DNA from: Azolla caroliniana
Taxonomy: Eukaryota; Plantae; Polypodiophyta
Length of the DNA stretch: 64,000 bases
NCBI GenBank assembly: GCA_043228905.1
Contig: JBHGNT010000002.1
Span: forward strand, 12,276,001-12,340,000
Direction: 5' to 3'
The translations under genes were made by a program, and so were the position numbers. Below, in pieces: positions 22,001 to 35,060 of the stretch. The notes beneath the pieces are model-generated. The model was given only the letters and a program-made list of their open reading frames with translations. It had not been told where the DNA came from and did not search any database. Positions within the stretch are counted from its first letter, which is position 1. Each line of letters begins with the position of its first letter.

Positions 22001-24954
22001 GGAGGATGAGGCTAGTGAGCCTGAACCAGTCCAGATAGAAGATGATGAATCCGGGATTCAAGAAGAGAATCCGGAATCGTTTCGGTTGAGTGGGCCAAAC
22101 GAGAGACTGGGTCAATCCAACCAATCAGAAGAGGAATCGGCAAGTGGTGAAGACTCTGTCGTGCTCTCCCCGCGCAAGGAACCAAGGAGATGGTTCATGC
22201 ACAAAGAGAAGGGGAAGAAGAAGATGCCGGATTATGAAATCGGTAATGATGAGTCGGATCAGAGCGGATCCAACTCCGGAAAGGAAAATGACGGCTCTTT
22301 GGCACCAAAGAGCGAACCAGCCAAGAAGGGCCTCAAACCGGGTAACAGTGGGTTACGCCGGTCAACCCACCAGAAGGAACCTGTTAAGCGGTACAAGTAC
22401 AATGAGTACATGGCGCATCACTATGCGTACATGACCCAAGTGGCGGAAGTGCGTGAGCCGGAGAGCTACGCAGAAGCGGCAAGGGATGCAAATTGGTGTG
22501 CCGCTATGGAGGAAGAGATGCGGGCACTTGATGCCAACGATACATGGGACCTGGTTGACCCTCCCCATCATAGTAAACCGATCGGATGCAAGTAGGTGTA
22601 CAAGGTAAAGTACAACGTTGACGGTTCAGTTAACCGGTTCAGCGAAGATGACGACGGTTCGTGTGGTGCTGGCGGTTGCTGCGCCAAGGGAGTGGCATCT
22701 TCACCAGATGGACGTGAAGAATGCATTTCCTCAAGGCGATCTAGAAGAAGAGGTCTTTATGAAACAACCTCCTGGTTTTCAGTCGGTGATGAACAAGTCG
22801 GTTGTATGTCGGCTGAAGAAGTCACTTTATGGCCTGAAGCAAGCCCCCTGAACTTGGAATGCAAAGATTACACACCGGTTGCGTAAGTTGGGGTTTGTGG
22901 CATCCAAGTTTGACTCTTCATTGTTCATCCGGCAAGGTTCGGACGGTCCAGTTTGCATCTTGCTGTATGTTGATGATCTAGTCATCACTGGATCGAGACT
23001 CGATGAAATCAACCGAGTCAAGTCCCAACTATCAGACGCATTTGAGAGGAAGGACCTAGGGGACCTTCACTATTTCCTTGGGATCGAGGTGATCCGAACC
23101 CCCGACGGCATATTGCTCTCACAAAGACACTATGTGTTGAATATGATGTACAAGTTCGGCATGACGGAATGTCACCCTATTTCTACACCCTTGGACCGGA
23201 AACAGAAGCTCTGTCCCAACTCCGAACCGGCCTACGATGAGAAACGGTTTCGACAAATTGTCGGAAGCCTTATATATTTGACCATCACCCGACCCGACAT
23301 CAGTTATCCGGTCGGTGTGATTAGTCAATTCATGCAGAAGCCGACCGTCGAGCATCTTCAGTGCGCGCACCGAATACCGCGGTATGTGAGCGGCACGAAG
23401 GACCGGGGACTGTTATACCGGCGAGGTATGACCGAAGAGCTAGTCGGCTACATGGATGCCGACTGGGCCGGCGATGCATCAGATCGTCGTTCCACTTCCG
23501 ACTATATGTTTTCCCTTGGTAGTGCAGCTGTTGCGTGGAGCAGCAAAAAGCAGCCAACAGTGGCTCTGTCGAGCACTGAGGTTGAATACTGGGGCGCTAC
23601 CGTTGCCACCTGTGAAGCCATTTGGCTTCGGCGACTACTGCAAGACCTGCGGATCGAGGTGCCGACCCCAATCCTGATCTACTGCAACAACATAAACAAC
23701 ATGCAGCTCGCCAAGAACCCCGTATTCCATGCTCGCACAAAGCACATCGAAGTGCACTACCACTTCGTGCGTGAGCATGTCCTGAGCAGTGAAGTCGAAC
23801 TTCGGTATGTTCATACAGATTGGCAAGTTGCCAACATCTTCACCAAACCGCTCGGATCGGATAAGTTGCAGCACTTCACCAAAATGCTTGGTGTTCAGCA
23901 TCTCGACGTGCCACACTTGAGGGGGAGAATGGGCAAAGACACCACCGGAACGGGCAAAGGCAAAGAGACTGCTGATTGCACCGATGGGGGAAGAACTGAC
24001 AAGGGGAGAGACAGGAAGAAGAAAGGAGGCGAGTCGACAAAGGAAGTTGACACATCCGAACAAATCGGAACAAGCGGCAGCGGAGGCAGAGTCAAGAAGG
24101 ACAGAGCCGACCGGAAGAAGAAGGCCAAGACCCGGACATGGTCCAATGTGGTGAAGGGCCTGGAACCAGAAGACGAATCGGGAGCAACCGATTCGAACAA
24201 GAGCTGGAACGAATCGGAGACAGCCAATTCGGTTCTACAGAAGGATTCGGAAGAACCGGATCAATTCAAGGCCAAGAGGACAAGAAGGCAGCAAAAGTCG
24301 ACGCCAACACGAAGGGATCAGCGAATCGGCAAAAGCCAAAGTCACAAGAACGAGGGAGTTGAATTGGGCTTGTTGAGTAGACAAGCCGACCAAGGAAGTC
24401 GAGGTGCGCAGGAACATAAGGGTCGCGGAAAACGGGACCAGACCGGACGAGGAGCACGAGCGAGGCGGAGTGACGCTAGAAGGAGCCAGGTGGAAGGACC
24501 GGTTGTCATAGAGACTGACACTACGATCTGACCTCAAATTGAGCTTGAGGGGGGGTGTTGAGTGGCAAGCTCAACCGGAACCGGATCGGCTGAATAAGCC
24601 TGAGCCGGATCGACATCCAGAAGGGTGAGCCGGTGAGCTGGGGAGCCGGTTAGCTGGATCAAGCAGTAATCGGAAGCCAAGTAGCAGCTAGTCTACTAGG
24701 GAGTTAATATCTCGTAGTTAGTGTCAGACGCTCGTGTGAGCATTGAAGTACACTGTACTTCTGTCAGTCCAGATGGACTTGTATAAAAGTGTTCACTGAA
24801 CACATACGATGTACAGACTGAGTAGTATTTTTTGAATTGAGTTTTTGTGTGCTCTCTCTCTGTCTCTGTCTCTCCCTCGTACTGTTAAGCTCTCCATTAA
24901 ACTTGTTTTCTACTTTCTGTTTTCTATTGCTTCCGCACGCTATTTGTTTCTACA
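19043..24954 (+). mobile_element. Full-length Ty1/copia element F with AAAAT target-site duplication
   Basis: LTRs 19043-19415 and 24556-24954; PBS tgatatcagagc (tRNA-iMet-like) at 19416; PPT 24541-24555; AAAAT at 19038-19042 and 24955-24959. Confidence 0.92.
19510..24531 (+). pseudogene. pol: Copia gag-pol of element F (stops, frameshifts, gag duplication, RT deletion)
   Basis: WYVDSGASNHM protease, CEACQLGKQ and HSDVWGP integrase, HQMDVKNAF and LLYVDDL RT, DADWAG..TKHIEVHYHF RNase H. Confidence 0.9.
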
Positions 24955-25149
24955 AAAATTAATTCCAATTTCCCAGTTAGATTATCTATCCCTAGTAGCC
25001 CCACATGTCTAGGCCAATCCAATAGTTTTGAGGTCTTGAGTCAGCTTGATGAAATATTAAATGAATAAGTCCAATCAAAATCGGAGCCATTCGGTTAGAA
25101 AAACCAGAATACGTAAAGTCAGCCCCAAGTAGTGGTTCCATTTTATCGA

Positions 25150-28100
25150 ATCATGTTAGTAGAGTTTTTTCAGCACAACTTGAGCTTAGCACTTCTAGGT
25201 GACATCGAGTTCTTGCATCTGCTCTCTTAGATTCAGGATCCAACTCTTGTTTTATGGACAAAGAATTTGCTTTATCCCAAAAAATCCTATTGAGAAACCT
25301 CCTTTGTCCTGCATCCGTTGTAGTCATTGATGGTCGCCCTATTGCATCTAGGGATATAGTCGAAGAATCCGAGCCAATTCGAGTAGTCCTTGGTAGCTTT
25401 GCTTGTGTGATTTCCTTCAATATAACTAGTAGTCCTGAGCATCCGGTTATCCTTGGTTTCCCTTGGTTTGAGCTTCATAATCCTAAAATTGACTGGAGAA
25501 ATCGAGCAATCAATGATTTCCAGTTGAAACCTGAATGCAACAACTTTGTTACTACCAACCAAGATTCAAAAACTCACCAAATCTCGCTCATATCTCTACA
25601 AAACTTACGAGAAGACAGGCGAACAAATGAAATGTTTGTCTTTGCAGTAACGGCAAATCCATCCTCTAGTTCACAAGGGGCATGTACTCACCTCCCTACT
25701 AAGTACTTGGATTTTGAAGACATCTTCAACAAAACTAAAGCTAGTTCTCTTCTACACCATCGTCCTTATGATTGTCCGATTGATCTACAACCTGGGAAAG
25801 AGCCACCATTGATCACCTTCTAAAGTCAAGGCCCTTCGAGAGTATATAGATGAGCACTTAGCAAATGGATTCATTCGACATTCTAAAAGCCCTACTGGTG
25901 CACCCATATTCTTTGTCAAGAAGAAAGATGGGTCTTTACAATTGGTCATGGATTATCGAGGTTTAAACAAAATCACAGTTCGAAATAGATATGCTATACC
26001 CTTGATATCGAGTTTACTAGAGCGTCTTAGTGGAGCTAAAGTGTTCACAAAGCTAGACCTTCGAGGCGCATATAACCTTGTTCGGATACGTTCAGGAGAC
26101 GAATTGAAGACAACATTTCATACTCGATACGGACATTTCGAGTACATGGTTATGCCTTTTGGTCTCACGAATGTGCCCACAGTTTTTCAACACATGGCGA
26201 ATGATATATTTCGTGACTTCTTGGATTCATTTACCATAGTATATCTTGATGACATCTTGATCTACTCAAAAAGTCAAGAAGAGCATGACACACATGTCCG
26301 CGAAGTCCTCCAACGCTTACGAGAATATGGGCTTTATGCCAAACTCGAGAAATGTAGCTTTGATCAAAACCACGTGGAGTTTCTAGGGTATGTGGTTTCA
26401 CAACAAGGTATATCTATGGATCCATCCAAGGTGCAGACAGTTCTAAATTGGGAAACACCTCGCTCAGTGCGTGATGTTCAGTGTTTCTTAGGATTTGCGA
26501 ATTTTTACCGCAAATTTATCAAGAACTACGCGAACATCGTGATGCCTCTCATGGAGCTTACACGAAAGAACAAGTCGTTCAGATGGAGTTCCAATGCGGT
26601 CAAAGCTTTTGAAAACCTAAAGAGAGCATTCACTTCTGCTCCTATTCTACTTCATGTTGACCTAGAAAAACCCTTTATCATCAAGGCGGATGCGTTTGAT
26701 TTTGCACTAGGAAGTATCTTGTCGCAGGTTGGAGATGACGGAAAACTGCATCCAATTGCTTTCCATTCACACAAATTCGAAGCTGTAGAGATCAATTATG
26801 AGATTCACAACAAAGAGCTCCTAGCCATTATAGACTCGTTTGAACAATGGAGACATCTCTTGGAAGGTTCTCCCCACCAAATCATTGTTTACAATGATCA
26901 TAAAAACCTCACATACTTTCAAAATGCTAGAGGCTTGAGTCGACACCAAGCTTGTTGGGCACAATTCCTGACACATTTTGACTTCCTCATCACATATCAC
27001 CCTGGAGTACAACAAGGAAAGGCAGACGCTCTATGACGACGATCTTATTTGGCGCCACAACCAGGTGAGCCCACATTTGATCATCAAAAGCAAGTCATCC
27101 TGGGGCCTAATCAGTCACGACTATTAACTATTAATGCTTCTAAAGCACCTGAAGATTCCAGGCTCCTTGATTCAATCCGAATAGGTATCATTTCTGTTGA
27201 ATTTGCTCAAGTTGTATTGAATCATATAATTTCCGATTGTGCGTCTTCTTCAAAATCCAAGTATCCTTGTAAAGATTATAACCAGTTTCAATGGAAAAAT
27301 GGGTTACTTTTTCGTAACACTCTTTTGTCCCCAATGGTTCATCTCGACTCCAAGTAATGCAATATTTTCATGACAACCCAATGGCTGATCACTTTGGAAT
27401 CCACAAAACTTTGGAGCTAGTTTCTCGAAACTATTGGTGGCCTCATTTTTGGGATTTTGTTGAGGATTATGTTCGTACTTGTGACGTGTGTTGTCAGTCA
27501 AAGATTCCACGACATTGACCATATGGGTTATTACAGCCATTGCCAGTTCCTACCGGTCCATGGAAATCCATCTCTGTGGACTTTATAACAGATCTTCCAC
27601 TTTCAAAGAGTTTTGACGTTATCCTCATTGTAGTAGATCGATTTACAAAGATGGCGCATTTTCTTCCATGCATGAAAACTATCAACAGTAATGAAACTGC
27701 AGACATCATTATGAAAGAAGTATTTCGGCTTCATGGTCTTCCAAATGACGTCATTAGTGATCGTGGCCCACAATTCATTTCAAAATTCTGGAAACACTTG
27801 CTTGAGATGCTCAAAGTCTCTTGTAAACTTTCTTCAAGCTATCATCCACAAAGTGACGGTCAAACCGAACGCACAAATCAAACTCTAGAACAATATCTTC
27901 AATGTTTCATCAATTATCAATAGGATGATTGGGTGGATTTTTTACACTTTGCAGAGTTTGCATACAATAATTCGGTTCATTCTTCAACATGATATACTCC
28001 ATTTTTTGCAAACATAGGATATCATCCCCGTTGGATGATGATCGAACATCCAGAAATCTCGAAAAATCCTGCCACTAAGGACCGTCTACACCAACTTCAA

Positions 28101-28695
28101 GAAGTTCATGTTGCACTTTCTCACCATTTTGCATACGACGCAAGCCACACACAAGAAGGCTACAGATCGTCATTATCTTGACTCTTCACCAGAGGAACCA
28201 AAATTTCGAATTGGGGATCGCGTACGGCTATTACGATGTAATGTGAAGACCACTAGACCTTGTGATAAGTTGGATTATCAACGACTTGGTCCATTTATTA
28301 TCTCTCATCAAATCAATGATGTTGCATTCCGCCTTGATCTGCCCCCACGCATGCATCTACACCCAGTATTTCATGTCTCATTGTTGGATCCTTACAATGC
28401 TAGTTCCATTCCAAATCGGGTTGTTCTACCCCCACCTCCGATTCAACTTGTTGATGGCCCAGAATTCGAAGTCAAAGCTGTTCTGGACTCCAAGATAGTA
28501 CGTAAGAAGCTTTATTATCTCGTGGACTGGTTAGGTTATACACCTAATGATCGTACTTGGGAACCGGCCAAGAACCTTGGCAATGCCTCCGATTTGGTAG
28601 CTGAATTTCATCGTCAATATCCAAATAAACCAAGCCCCAATTCATGCATTACGACTTGTGGAACTCGTCATCGAAGGAGGGAGATGGTGTCATGA
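25150..28695 (+). pseudogene. pol: Pol of element G ending in a type-I chromodomain
   Basis: ORFs 25254, 25942, 27540 and 28108; C-terminal FEVKAVLDSK..YYLVDWLGYTPNDRTWEP. Confidence 0.9.
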
Positions 28696-29138
28696 GTAGA
28701 TGAAACCCCATGAGGTTTAGGGTGACCTCCTAAGGAGAAGCACTCAACTCTAGCCATTACGTTATATATGTTCTACATAAAGATATTATAATTTACTTTA
28801 TTGTAATATTGATAATGTAACCCTATAAATATCCAAAGGGTGCCATGACCCTTCAATATCCTAAAGGGTGTCATGACCCTTCAATATCCCAAAGGGTATC
28901 ATGACCCTACAACATCCCAAAGGGAAAATGACCCTACAAACATCCAAGGGGCATATACTACTCCTATATAAATAGGACATATTGTATTGTTAGAACCATT
29001 CTGGTTCAACACCAGTCTTTGGCAAATATTCTAGTTCTTGCTCTTGTATATTTTCCTATTATAATAAAATGTAGTCATTGTTCTCTCTTTCTTTTCCTCT
29101 CTTGTTCAATCTTCTTTTGTCAAGCTAAGGCCTTGACA
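28688..29138 (+). repeat. 3' LTR of element G with internal ~28-bp palindromic tandem repeats
   Basis: TGTCA...TGACA termini; aagggtgtcatgacccttcaatatccc-type units at ~28828-28950; TATATAAATA at ~28965. Confidence 0.85.
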
Positions 29139-29199
29139 CTTTCTGTTTTGGTTGTATAAGAACCGACCAAGCTACCTTTGCTATAGTATTATCTACACT

Positions 29200-30200
29200 A
29201 GCATTCCCCCAAATAAAATTCTACACTAGCCGTTGAACTTTAAGCATTATTGACCTAGAAAACAACCATGTAGACGCTATATACCAAATGAAGGACAAAA
29301 GCACGGAATTAGCAACAACTACACGTCCTACTAGGGATCACTTTTCCTTATTCCAATATATTAGCTTATTCCTTAATCTTAACAACAAGGGCGCACTCAT
29401 ATCTTCTACATTTAATCTTAACCCCACTATACATCCTAAATATCTAATGGAATGCCCTTTAGGGATCCACGTGAATCCTACCTACACTAGGTACATAAAA
29501 TGGTGGATCTCCTAAAGCCACCCAAAAACTTGATGAGTTATCCGAATTAATCCATGCACCCAATGCATCTGAGAAGTCATCCACAACGTTTTGAACCTGC
29601 AACAAGTTAAAGCTTCAATCGCCATTTTGACAAATGATAGAGAATGTTCACCCACACCACTTCACCTAAAGCTTGCAACTTGAGCTTCAAGAGCATACAA
29701 AATGAAGCCTTATATTAGAACCAACTTCCAAGTTGTAGGGACAATGACATATCACTAGCTTCTTGCATAGGTTTGTACCACCATTAAAATGGGTAAGGGA
29801 TCACCATTGAGATAACAAAGGCGACAACAATGGAGATTGTGTGTACCAAGATGCAAGGCACATGGGTCATAATAGCCCTAGATTATGGAGATAATTGGTC
29901 ATGAACTTAGAAGTTAGATCCACTTCGAGACACCCAATGCAACTAGTCAAAAATTTGTCATAGTTTTGCTCCACTATGACAAACATTTCAGGGCCATATC
30001 TCCTCATCGATGCTTGTCCCATAGATAGTAGTTATGCATCTCATTCTTGTAAAATCATGCGAAGAATCATTACCAAAATCGAAACCTCCTACATGCATCT
30101 ATATATCATGGACATTTAGGAAACCTAGATATCTTATTTTGGATACCTTGAACTCTGCCCATAGTTCTAAGCTTGACGTGTCTCATTGACTGATTTTCGG
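29200..30200 (-). mobile_element. Highly degenerate LINE (L1-like) reverse transcriptase remnant
   Basis: Minus-strand fragments VVDDFSDALGAWINSDNS and WIPKGHSIRYLGCIVG resemble the LINE RT motifs 'F..aSG..IN..KS' and 'RYLG'. Confidence 0.45.
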
Positions 30201-30892
30201 GAAGTCATGACAGCAAAGAAAATCAAAATAGTAGTCGTTCAAATTTTTTTCTTTTTTTCTTTTCAAGTTATGTACGTTTCATCTTGTTAAACCCATTACA
30301 TACATACATGGGTTTGGGGTGGGGGTGCTTCATAAATGATAGTTGGACGCATGTGGATGTTAATGATTAATAAAATATCGTTAGAATCGTCGTCATCGTT
30401 TGAGGACGTACGTATAGTAGGTGGTGAGCACATGGGCCGACTCGATTATTTGTCGTGGATCTCTCCTCATATATGTATTGTTCATGGGTCGACTCTCTAT
30501 TGTTCATGCATATAACTTGAAGTAGACACTAACTATAACTTCAAGCAAAATACGTCTGTATGCATAATATGTATTTGTACGTATGCCTCTGTATATACAT
30601 ACATACAACTTGAAGTAGATACTAACTAACTATAACTTCAAGCAAAATAGGTTGAAGGCGAAGTGGGCGGACATTTGGTCTGAAGAACCCCCCCAAAACC
30701 CCATTGCCAGCGTGCGTGTGAAAAGGGCTTCTTCTTCTTCTTCTTCTTCTTCTGCTGCTGCTGTTTCTGGATGAGTGTGGAAGCATCTAGAAGATTAGCC
30801 CCCCCCCCCCCCCCCCCCTTCTTTCCCTTTTCCTACTCACTCAATCACTCACTCCTTTCTCTCTGTGTGGATCAGGTAGCGAGCATCCATCG

Positions 30893-30893
<1 letters not shown>

Positions 30894-30974
<81 letters not shown>
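30894..30974. repeat. (CA)n microsatellite just upstream of the Cpn60 alpha start codon; (CTT)n and a C20 run lie further upstream
   Basis: About 40 CA units seen directly; CTT run ~30728-30753; poly-C 30799-30818. Confidence 0.95.
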
Positions 30975-30976
<2 letters not shown>

Positions 30977-30998
30977 AACAGCACTCGACTTCTCAGCC

Positions 30999-31443
30999 AT
31001 GGCAGCCCAAGCTCTTCTGAACCATGGTTTTCTCGCTTCTCTGTCATCTCCCACTGCCTCCTCTTCCATCTCTGTAAGTTGTTCTTTTCGCTTCTTCTAG
31101 AAATGAATGATACGAGCAATAATTCAGAGATGACACCCCCCAAACCCTCTCACAGTTGAGGAATGGCTCACACTGACCTTGTTGTGTGCTTATTTTTGTG
31201 TCTTCGTGTTGGAAATGTGTAGAGAAGGAAAAGCTTTCAAGGAAAGCAACTTCAGAGTACGCTCCATTCCTCCTCGTCTTCTCATGCGAGGAGGCACTCG
31301 TCTTCTCTTTCGGTGAGAGCGAATTCGAAGGACATTGTTTTCGATCAGAAGTCACGGGCCGCATTACAAGCAGGTATTGACAAGCTTGCAGATGCTGTTG
31401 GTGTCACGCTTGGACCCCGAGGTATGAAAGCCACGCCTTTTCA

Positions 31444-31480
<37 letters not shown>

Positions 31481-34400
31481 GGTGGTAGAAGGCACAAAAT
31501 TATAATTTTGTGGTGTTTTCAGAGTCTTTCCTCGCATGCTGTCTGTATCTTATTTTTTCCCTCTCATGGAAACTTACAAAGTAGATTTCTTGAAGTCTTA
31601 CAGGCTAATATGTTGTTCTTGTAGAGAGAGAACTCCCTTATATTGTTTTGCTTGCTGTTTATTTTTCTAGTATTTTACGGATATGACTTAAGAGGACTTC
31701 TACAAAGTTTTGCAGTACAGGAATTCTGGTTTCGTTTAGTTTTATATATCATTTTTGTTGGAAACTTAAACGAATGTTTTCTCAAATCCCATGCACAGGG
31801 CGGAATGTTGTGCTAGATGAGTTCGGTTCACCAAAGGTCATTAATGATGGAGTAACCATCGCCCGTGCGATCGAGTTGCCCGATCCCATGGAAAATGCTG
31901 GTGCTGCTCTTATAAGAGAGGTGAAGTTGGATAGTTCTATCTTCTTCTTTCAAAACAAAAATAAAGCCTGATAAACATTTGTCCAACAAAACATTGATTT
32001 CAAAATGCATTTCATTAAGCTCTTTGATGTTTATGTTTCTAACATATTTTGGAAGTCAAAGTTGAATTTTGATGTTTTGTTAATACACATTGCAGTTCCA
32101 AATATTTTGTTAATTGTTAGAACATTGAATGTTATAGTGATGCTATGGTGTTCTCCAGGTAGCGAGTAAAACAAATGATTCGGCAGGAGATGGGACCACA
32201 ACTGCATCCGTGCTTGCAAGAGAGCTCATCAAACTGGGCCTTCTTACAGTAACTTCTGGTGCAAATCCGGTAGCTATTAAGAAGGGAATAGACAAGACAG
32301 TGGTGGCCTTAATTGAGGAGTTGAAGAAAGCATCTCGACCAGTGAAAGGCAGAGAGGATATAAAAGGTTTGTGGGGCTAATTTCACTAGGTTGTGTTCGT
32401 TTTGCAAAACTAACTTGTTACTGAAGGGCAGAGATTTTTTGAAAGTAACTGCACTTCTTACATGTGTAAATGGAGTCTCACAAAAATTATGAATAAATAC
32501 CTGGAACTTGTGAGAGAGTAGGAGTATAAAAGTTTGAAAATAGTGTTGTTCAACTTATTCTGTTGACACTTCCATACGCTGGATGGCTGAGCAATGGTAG
32601 GTATGGAAGCTTTCTATCTAATCAAATTATCAATATTTTTTACATTCGAATTGGCAGAAAATTCACTGCATGCTGGTTTGTCTGTGTTTGGCTGAGTTTA
32701 CTTTCTCTGCACGAAGTATGAAGAAACCAAAACTACAAATTCATAGCACAGTAATCGGATACTACCCTAAAAATAATGCTGAATTCTAGGAATTTAATTT
32801 AGTTACAAGTTTATTTACGTTGTATTGCGTTTTGTTCCTCATATAGAAAACTAAACTAGCTTTTTAGTGTATGGGAGTGTTTTCTTGTAACACTGTTATT
32901 GTAGTGGGTGCTAACTATTGTTGAAGATATTTGTGGACTTGATGGATAAGTAGTCCTTCTGTGTTCTTGGCAGCTGTGGCTTCCATTTCTGCAGGCAATG
33001 ATGATTCCATTGGCACGATGATTGCTGATGCTGTTGATAAAGTTGGCCCTGATGGTGTGCTCTCTATAGAGTCATCGTCTTCCTTTGAAACAACAGTTGC
33101 TGTTGAAGAGGGTATGGAGGTAAGTGCTGCATGATTTCAGTTTGATTCGTATGTAGCTGAGGATTTTCTGCAGAAAGCTTACCGAACAATCCCTTTCGTG
33201 TAGATTGACCGGGGCTATATATCTCCACAATTTGTAACAAATCAAGAGAAATTGATAGTAGAGTATGACAATGCACGAATTCTTGTGACGGACCAGAAAT
33301 TGACATCAATTAAGGATATACTGCCTGTTTTAGAAAAGATTTCACAACTCAATTCTCCCCTTGTTATTATTGCTGAGGATGTTTCTGGAGAAGCGCTTGC
33401 TACACTTGTGGTTAATAAGTTGCGTGGTATAGTCAGTGTAGCTGCTTTGAAAGCACCTGGATTTGGAGAGAGACGTAAAGCATTGCTTCAAGACATTGCT
33501 ATTGTTACAGGTGAGAATCATGCGATTATGTGAGTAGTACTTGATCTGAATCAAATTTGTTGCTGGTATGAGATCCGTGATTCACATTTTAATTATTTCT
33601 TAGTGAGTAATACATGATTCTAATCAATAATCTGCTTCGCCAATATAACTGAGATGATTTCCCTAATTTTTATAGGTGTGATTTTGACTCAGTGGTTCTG
33701 TTAATCTATGGTGGCCTTACAAGTTTATGTGATGGGTATTCTCTTACAGGTGCCGAGTTTATAGCTAGTGATCTTGGATTGAAGCCTGAAGAGACGACTG
33801 CTGAGCAGCTAGGAACCGCTCGTAAGGTGACCATCACCAAGGACTCTACTACAATTATTGCAGACGCAGCCTCAAAAGATGAGATACAGGCCAGGATAGC
33901 TCAAATTAAGAAAGAACTTGCGGAAACAGATTCTGTTTATGATACTGAAAAGTTATCGGAAAGAATTGCAAAGCTATCTGGTGGTGTAGCTGTTATTAAG
34001 GTGTAAATTGTTCTTGCAGATTGTGAAGTTTTAACCAATTTATTTAGAGATGCTTCTTATAGATTGTGATGGGAGTAATAACTCCTTTACTGTATGTAAG
34101 GAGTGAAGTAAATGGAAAAACTGTTTGGAAGAGGGTTTTTCAGAGTAGCTAGCTTTCCTATTTTCTTATGTGGCTGTTTTCTAATTTAAGAATTACATTG
34201 TTGCAGGTAGGAGCTGCCACTGAAACTGAGCTAGAAGATCGGAAGTTAAGAATTGAAGATGCAAAGAATGCTACATTTGCTGCCATTGAGGAAGGAATCG
34301 TGCCTGGTGGTGGTGCTGCATATGTCCATCTCTCAGCGAGGGTGCCAGCAATCAAGCAAACCATCATTGACCCAGAGGAGAAGCTTGGAGCAGATATTGC

Positions 34401-35060
34401 GCAGAAGGTGAATAAATTATATTTTATTTGATTTAGAGGATAGTAACCGTACTATTAGCCACATTTAATTATCATTATGATATGTAAAGGCCATCTGTTT
34501 TATATATTCCTTATGATACCAAAGGTTTTTTTAAACATTTTTAGTTTTTTGTGTGTTCAGTCAATGAGAAAAACTGGAAACTGGATTGATGATTTCTCGA
34601 TAGGGATAGGCAAATGCCGATTGTTGTAATGCAAAACTTGATTGTGTTAAATTCTATAATCATTAGAACAATGAGTAGTTTAGACAATAACTATGTTAAA
34701 TGATATGCTTTAGGTTCTAAAGGATAGCTAATTTTTCTTACAATTGAATTGATTTCACCTTTTATGGTATAGGCTTTATTGGCACCTGCTTCATTGATTG
34801 CTAACAATGCGGGGACAGAAGGTGAGGTGGTTGTTGAAAAGCTCCTGGAGAGTGAGTGGGAGATAGGCTACAATGCAATGACAGATACATACGAGAATTT
34901 ACTCGAGGCTGGGGTCATCGACCCCGCAAAGGTTACAAGGTGTGCATTACAAAATGCAGCCTCGGTTGCTGGTATGGTTCTGACGACACAAGCTGTTGTT
35001 GTGGAGAAGAAGAAGAAAGCTCAGGTGTCATCATCGCCTGCTGCTGGCATGGCCATTTAA
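30999..35060 (+). CDS. CPN60A: Chloroplast chaperonin-60 alpha (RuBisCO large-subunit-binding protein alpha), 9 exons, 598 aa
   Basis: Exons 30999-31073, 31223-31421, 31799-31920, 32159-32366, 32974-33119, 33204-33510, 33750-34000, 34207-34407 and 34773-35060. All introns are GT-AG and the total of 1797 nt is in frame. Ser-rich transit peptide; motifs [47 protein letters not shown]. Confidence 0.95.

Larger units (their letters stand above)
18957..29138 (+). mobile_element. Tcn1-like chromovirus G, 5'-truncated, interrupted by copia F
   Basis: Zinc knuckle remnant YCGGPGHIAITC, protease LLDSGS, RT YLDD, RNase H, integrase, canonical chromodomain, PPT gaaggagggagatgg and 3' LTR 28688-29138. 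Confidence 0.9.

Noticed and set aside
30771-31143. ORFs with THTHTH / VCVCVC runs
   Set aside because: These are translations of the (CA)n microsatellite.
30999-35060. Bacterial groEL or contamination
   Set aside because: It has eight spliceosomal introns, a Ser-rich transit peptide and alpha-subunit-type sequence.
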